Assembly: GCF_018336915.1 (NCBI RefSeq)
Contig: NZ_CP064923.1
Span: forward strand, 5,280,001-5,312,000
Direction of reading: 5' to 3'
Length of the DNA: 32,000 nucleotides
Source: Acaryochloris marina S15
GTDB taxonomy: Bacteria; Cyanobacteriota; Cyanobacteriia; Thermosynechococcales; Thermosynechococcaceae
Positions 27,926 through 32,000 of the stretch are shown piece after piece (within the stretch, counting starts at the first letter, position 1; every line of letters begins with the position of its first letter). The position numbers and the translations under genes were made by a program. Below the pieces are notes generated by a model, which saw nothing but the letters and a program-made list of their open reading frames with translations, searched no databases and was not told the origin of the DNA.

Positions 27926-28558
27926 CTAAGAAGAGAATAGAGATGTTTGTGACGACCCACTGAAGTAAATCTCTTGAATATCCTGGGGCAATGCGTTTTG
28001 CAGATCTTGATAGGCGTCTTGTCGATATTGGTTGATATCATCAGACGTGATGTCTTGCCCTTCTGCCTGCAAAACTGCCTCAATCCGAGGGTCTTGCCAA
28101 CGGAAGGTTTGGGACAAGACTAGAATCAGCCTAGGTAAGGGTGGCACATGATCCAAAGCAATTTGGATATAGCACCATAGGGGTGGGGGAGCGGTTGACA
28201 AAGTGTATTGAATCGTTTCAACCGCCGGGAGCTGATCTTCCGTAATACAGGCAGCAACCTTATTGGTCATCCATGCCTGTAATGAAAAACTCGGTCCTCC
28301 TGTCTCCATCACCAAATGATTGAGTTCATAAAAGATATTGCGCCACACTCGGGCAAAAAGATAATCGACTTGTAGGTGGGATCTTGCCATATTGCGCAGG
28401 AGAGCATAAGACATCGCGCCAAACCGACAAAAAAGAGCGATAAAGTACTTGCCTTCATCAGGGTGTTGCTGAAACCCTTGCACTAGCTCTTGGTCACTGT
28501 AATTTTGCAACGACAGCACCAAGGGATGATTGGATTCTGGGAAGTCTGGCAGTTTCAT
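27926..28558 (-). CDS. Divergent sigma-70/ECF-like protein (region 2-like and region 4-like segments), tentative
   Basis: 210 aa. The N-terminal SDQELVQGFQQHPDEGKYFIALFCRFGAMSYALL resembles ECF sigma region 2. The C-terminal LDHVPPLPRLILVLSQTFRWQDPRIEAVLQAEGQDITSDDINQYRQDAYQDLQNAL resembles a region 4 HTH. Confidence 0.5.
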   Translation of the reverse strand: MKLPDFPESNHPLVLSLQNYSDQELVQGFQQHPDEGKYFIALFCRFGAMSYALLRNMARSHLQVDYLFARVWRNIFYELNHLVMETGGPSFSLQAWMTNKVAACITEDQLPAVETIQYTLSTAPPPLWCYIQIALDHVPPLPRLILVLSQTFRWQDPRIEAVLQAEGQDITSDDINQYRQDAYQDLQNALPQDIQEIYFSGSSQTSLFSS

Positions 28559-28751
28559 AACGGATATTCCATATCTCCTCAGCCTGGCGTGAGAAATTGA
28601 TCTCGATATTGTAGAGGCTCAACTCATACCAAAGTGATTTTGATGGTGGTGGAAGTTGGCTCATTTATAAACTTCGACAAAAATATCACAATCTAGACCA
28701 GAGAACCCTGCTGTCATCAGTGAGATCTGTTATGATCAGTTTTGCTCACCC

Positions 28752-28840
28752 GGAGAGGTGGCTGAGTGGTCGAAAGCGGCAGATTGCTAATCTGTTGTAC
28801 GGTGAATTCCGTACCGAGGGTTCGAATCCCTCCCTCTCCG
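28752..28840 (+). tRNA. tRNA-Ser (anticodon GCU), class II with long variable arm
   Basis: The sequence is GGAGAGG TG GCT GAGTGGTCGAA AGC G GCAGA TTGCTAA TCTGT, then a variable arm with stem GTACGG/CCGTAC, then GAGGG TTCGAAT CCCTC CCTCTCC G. It is followed by TTTTTT. Confidence 0.93.
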
Positions 28841-28872
28841 TTTTTTGCAGCTTTTTGTTGGAGTTAAGTTTC

Positions 28873-29109
28873 ATGGGCAAAAAATGCCAATTAACGGGAA
28901 AAAAAGCAAATAATGCTTTTGCTGTTTCCCATTCCCACCGCCGAACCCACAAGTTGCAAGAAGCAAACTTGCAGTGGAAAAGAATCTGGTGGCCCCAAGA
29001 GAAACGCTGGGTCAAGCTCAGAATATCGACTAAAGCGATTAAGACCCTTGAGAAAAAAGGTCTCGCTACTTTCGCTCGCGAAGCTGGGATTAACCTTAAC
29101 CAGGTATAG
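28873..29109 (+). CDS. rpmB: 50S ribosomal protein L28
   Basis: 78 aa: [63 protein letters not shown]. This is the canonical L28 sequence pattern. The 129 aa ORF in the track is an artefactual extension through the tRNA-Ser. Confidence 0.93.
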   Translation: MGKKCQLTGKKANNAFAVSHSHRRTHKLQEANLQWKRIWWPQEKRWVKLRISTKAIKTLEKKGLATFAREAGINLNQV

Positions 29110-29383
29110 CTCGCTGTAAGGTTGAGATTAGTCTTGATAGGTTTACGGTGCATAGAAGCCGTTAACACTGTTTTGTGAATCGCTACTGTTTTGAGCAGCG
29201 AACTGGGTTCACTACAATGTTTGCTTCAATTTTACGGGCAAGCACAAAACTAGCAAATATCAACTACGGTTCGTACTCAGTAAAGTGCGATAGGATTTGT
29301 GTATCTAAAATCTCTAGCTGCCCAGATTGATAAGAGAAGGCCTCAAGAATCACTATAAACCCACCCTGAATGCCTAAGCTTAC

Positions 29384-30451
29384 CTATTGGGCGGAAGAGG
29401 GGACCATCCAGATAGGCGGATTACCATCAGCAATCGCATAGGGTCCAGAGAAAAATGGATTGCGAATTCCCGGCAGGATCTGGACATCAAAAATTTCATC
29501 TACGCCGCTTTGAAACTCCAGCAGCCCTAATTGCTTACCAGCATTTAGATCTACAACCGCCATTCCGCATTTAAGGTCATCGAAATGGTCACAGATGGGT
29601 AAATTGCCGAATGTGGCTGTCTCTCTCACTTTAGATAGTCCTACAAATGCAAACTGACCTGCTATAGCCAGCCCTCTAGGGTAGCCAGGTAGCTCTAGGA
29701 CTGTCGAGCGCTCTCCAGAAGATAAATCAACCCGACAGAGTTCTCCACAACCTGAGTTCAGGACCCATAACTGATCGTCCCTCACCCGAGGAGAGTGAGG
29801 CATGGCTAATCCTTGTGTCACCACTTTGCTGGTGGGCAACTCTAGGACGCAGCCATTCGTCGCTTTATGAGGCCGCCACCCCCCCGCCGTATTAGTACGA
29901 TCAAGAACGGTGGCATATTTGGGATATCCGTTCACTAACGCCACCCCATTCAGGTGGCAACGATCCTCAGGGGCCAACTCCTGAACAAAGTCAGGTCGCC
30001 ATTGGGGCACAAAGCTATAGTTATTGTCCAATGAGCATAAGCAAGAAAACCGGGTATTGGTCACCACCAACTGCTCTGTGCCCCACGCCAATTCATGCAC
30101 AGCAATTTCGCTGGTATAGTGAGCGCCTCGAGTTAAAAAACAAGCATCATGTGTGTTGGGCTCACCGACAGAAGCCGCTAGTTCGGGCGCATTCTTCAGA
30201 AAATAGATCCAATCTTTACCTCCCACAGCGATCTGTTTGGAGCTGGCTGCGACTCCCATGGCTTGCTCAAAATTATGGAAAGAAATCTGAAGTGCCTGGT
30301 CATGAACGCCAACAACCACAAGTTTGCCAGCTTGATACGTAGATAGCAGAAGAGACGCATTCAATTGCATCAGTAATGGCACCAGATTATTAGAGTACTG
30401 ATAACGTACTTCTCGTTCGGGAAAATTCTCTGAAGCTGTATTTTTTTGCAT
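29384..30451 (-). CDS. TIGR03032 / DUF4915-family protein (uncharacterised, probable beta-propeller)
   Basis: 355 aa. The N-terminal LLLSTYQAGKLVVVG...FEQAMGVA and the later repeated hydrophobic-Gly/Asp blade-like segments match my recollection of TIGR03032. Confidence 0.65.
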   Translation of the reverse strand: MQKNTASENFPEREVRYQYSNNLVPLLMQLNASLLLSTYQAGKLVVVGVHDQALQISFHNFEQAMGVAASSKQIAVGGKDWIYFLKNAPELAASVGEPNTHDACFLTRGAHYTSEIAVHELAWGTEQLVVTNTRFSCLCSLDNNYSFVPQWRPDFVQELAPEDRCHLNGVALVNGYPKYATVLDRTNTAGGWRPHKATNGCVLELPTSKVVTQGLAMPHSPRVRDDQLWVLNSGCGELCRVDLSSGERSTVLELPGYPRGLAIAGQFAFVGLSKVRETATFGNLPICDHFDDLKCGMAVVDLNAGKQLGLLEFQSGVDEIFDVQILPGIRNPFFSGPYAIADGNPPIWMVPSSAQ

Positions 30452-31342
30452 AAAAGGTTATGACATCCCAAGAAATTTCAAGCCTGCTTTATGCCCAAAA
30501 TTACAGCTGACTCTTTGCATGCCATTGAACACTGTTGCTACTATATCTAATCAGTTGCGATATAAGTCTTGGGAACAAGTATTAGGATATTTATTTAATA
30601 CTTAAAAAGTATCAGATAACTCTGGCAAGATAATAAAAAAAATTATTAAGACTCTACAAATTCCATCAAAAATACCTACAAAAAAATATCACTTTGGTAT
30701 ATGATTTATACGGACATTAAATCTATTTTTTAAAAAAATAGGTTTAATCGATATCTTAAAAATTTCAATAGATAGACTGTCCACAGCCTTTTTAGTGCAG
30801 TGTCTCAATTGAGTGCAATTAAAAAAACGTCGCACATTATCACCCTTCATCTGTCAGGAGATCTCTGCAATACTTGAGCACTGTTTAACCTATATAAACG
30901 CAAATCCAAAGAAGCTTTGCCATAACCATATGGCTAGCTATACTTCTGCCTGAGTCTTTTCAGGTCCAGTCTAATTTTTTTGTGGACTGAAGAAATATAT
31001 AAAGCATAATGCTATCGATTCGAGATATAGACATATATTCAGAGGATATATACAATCTTCCTGAATAAAATCAGTTATAGGTCAAATAATTAGCTCAAAT
31101 CAAAACACTTTAGATCGAAAAACTTACAAGTGCAGCCTAGACTTAGAAATACATGCTTACTTAAAAGAGCTTATTTTTTTGCTTGTTTTTAGCACTTAAA
31201 TATCGAAGTACTTCATCTAGGTTAATCCAATTAACACTGGCATGCTTCAGCACTATTCATATATAAATAACTAACTTTTTTTATTCAATATCTTGCAATC
31301 TCTATTCACTTTTCTTGTTGGAAATAATGTGAGATTCTCAAA

Positions 31343-32000
31343 ATGAACTCTAACAATATTGCATTAACTACAGAAATCACAGGAGCACGCCTTCTCAAAG
31401 ATATCACCCCAGACGGTACGTCTAGATTTCCAGGTGATGACTCCGGTTCTAATCCATCGAACTTGACCGAATTCGATGGCAAGCTATTTTTTTCAGCGGA
31501 TGATGGAACCAATGGAAGCGAGCTGTGGATTAGTGACAGGACTACTAATGGCACACAGCTTTTAAAAGATATTAATCCAATCGAAAGGTACTATAACAGT
31601 CTCTATGCATCTAGATATAGATCTTCTAGTTCTAATCCATCGAACTTGACCGAATTCGATGGCAAGCTATTTTTTTCAGCGGATGATGGAACCAATGGAA
31701 GCGAGCTATGGATTAGTGACGGGACTATTAATGGCACACAACTCTTAAAAGATATTAATCCAGGAAGCTCGTATAGGGGAATCCCATCCCCAGGTGGCCG
31801 GCGGCCTAATAGCTCTCGTATAGCTAACTTCATCGAACTCGATGGTAAGTTATTTTTTACCGCGACTGATGGCACCTCCGGAGAAGAACTTTGGGTCAGT
31901 GATGGGACGGTTGACGGTACACAACTGCTAAAAGATATTTATCCTGGAAGCTCATTTGAGTCTCGCATAAACCGGGGTTTGCGGCCCAACAGCTCTGGTA
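31343..32000 (+). CDS. ELWxxDGT-repeat protein, N-terminal part (gene runs off the right edge)
   Basis: An open frame runs from ATG 31343 to the window end, with an in-frame TAA at 31325 upstream. At least three units of the form F(D/E)G/DGKLFF.A.DGT.G.ELW(I/V)SDGT..GT.LLKDI.P are present. It is absent from the ORF track because there is no stop codon in the window. Confidence 0.8.
   Translation, partial: MNSNNIALTTEITGARLLKDITPDGTSRFPGDDSGSNPSNLTEFDGKLFFSADDGTNGSELWISDRTTNGTQLLKDINPIERYYNSLYASRYRSSSSNPSNLTEFDGKLFFSADDGTNGSELWISDGTINGTQLLKDINPGSSYRGIPSPGGRRPNSSRIANFIELDGKLFFTATDGTSGEELWVSDGTVDGTQLLKDIYPGSSFESRINRGLRPNSSG
31446..31762 (+). repeat. In-frame tandem duplication (period 183 nt = 61 codons) inside the ELWxxDGT gene
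   Basis: 31446-31579 and 31629-31762 (134 nt each) differ at only 5 positions by my alignment. The third repeat unit, from about 31810, is conserved only at the protein level. Confidence 0.85.

Noticed and set aside
28720-29109. 129-aa ORF presented as one protein
   Set aside because: Its first 40 or so codons read through tRNA-Ser(GCU). Only the last 78 codons, from ATG 28873, are ribosomal protein L28.
28746-29168. 140-aa minus-strand ORF
   Set aside because: It is antisense to both tRNA-Ser and rpmB, so it is a shadow ORF.
31446-31762. Possible CRISPR-like or satellite repeat
   Set aside because: There are only two near-identical copies. The period is 183 nt, in frame and coding. It lacks the short repeat/spacer architecture of a CRISPR array. 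I saw no CRISPR array anywhere in the window.
31306-31875. Two minus-strand ORFs (82 and 90 aa) sharing the peptide SLIHSSLPLVPSSAEKNSLPSNSVKFDGLE, which could look like a repeated small-protein family
   Set aside because: They are the antisense reading of the duplicated 183-nt unit of the plus-strand ELWxxDGT gene. The plus frame is open for 658 nt and has a recognisable repeat family signature.

Overview
This 32 kb window is chromosomal DNA from a cyanobacterium. The evidence is the octamer GCGATCGC (HIP1), which I located by eye at 12 or more positions where about 0.5 would be expected by chance, plus the gene content. Most of the window is tightly packed housekeeping and conserved-hypothetical genes. 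On the left half these are a partial TPR protein, a stand-alone EF-G paralog, and a minus-strand CPA2 antiporter / DUF3370-like / lipoprotein operon. They are followed by surE, an MBL-fold hydrolase, ribF, a MoxR-type AAA+ ATPase, a GHL10-like secreted protein, trmFO, and a minus-strand tRNA-Thr / rhodanese / cysteine desulfurase run. On the right half are a TerB-like protein, an M23 peptidase, two different [2Fe-2S] ferredoxins, an FHA protein, a DUF3326-like protein, a CPBP protease, a sigma-like protein, tRNA-Ser and rpmB. Five things look less ordinary. (1) A translationally coupled SWIM zinc-finger plus DUF5691-like gene pair looks like half of an uncharacterised SWIM/DUF5691/AAA/DUF5682/VWA cluster, without its ATPase and VWA partners. 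(2) A single ORF fuses a partly degenerate EAL domain to a WecB/TagA/CpsF (GT26) glycosyltransferase. (3) Two ORF-free, visibly AT-rich intergenic blocks of 800-900 bp contain no HIP1 site. (4) A TIGR03032/DUF4915-like gene lies divergent from an ELWxxDGT-repeat protein that carries a near-identical in-frame 183-nt duplication. (5) A frameshifted IS-type transposase relic is present. No CRISPR array, rRNA or intact mobile element was seen. All family names come from motif recognition and memory. No HMM or BLAST search was run.
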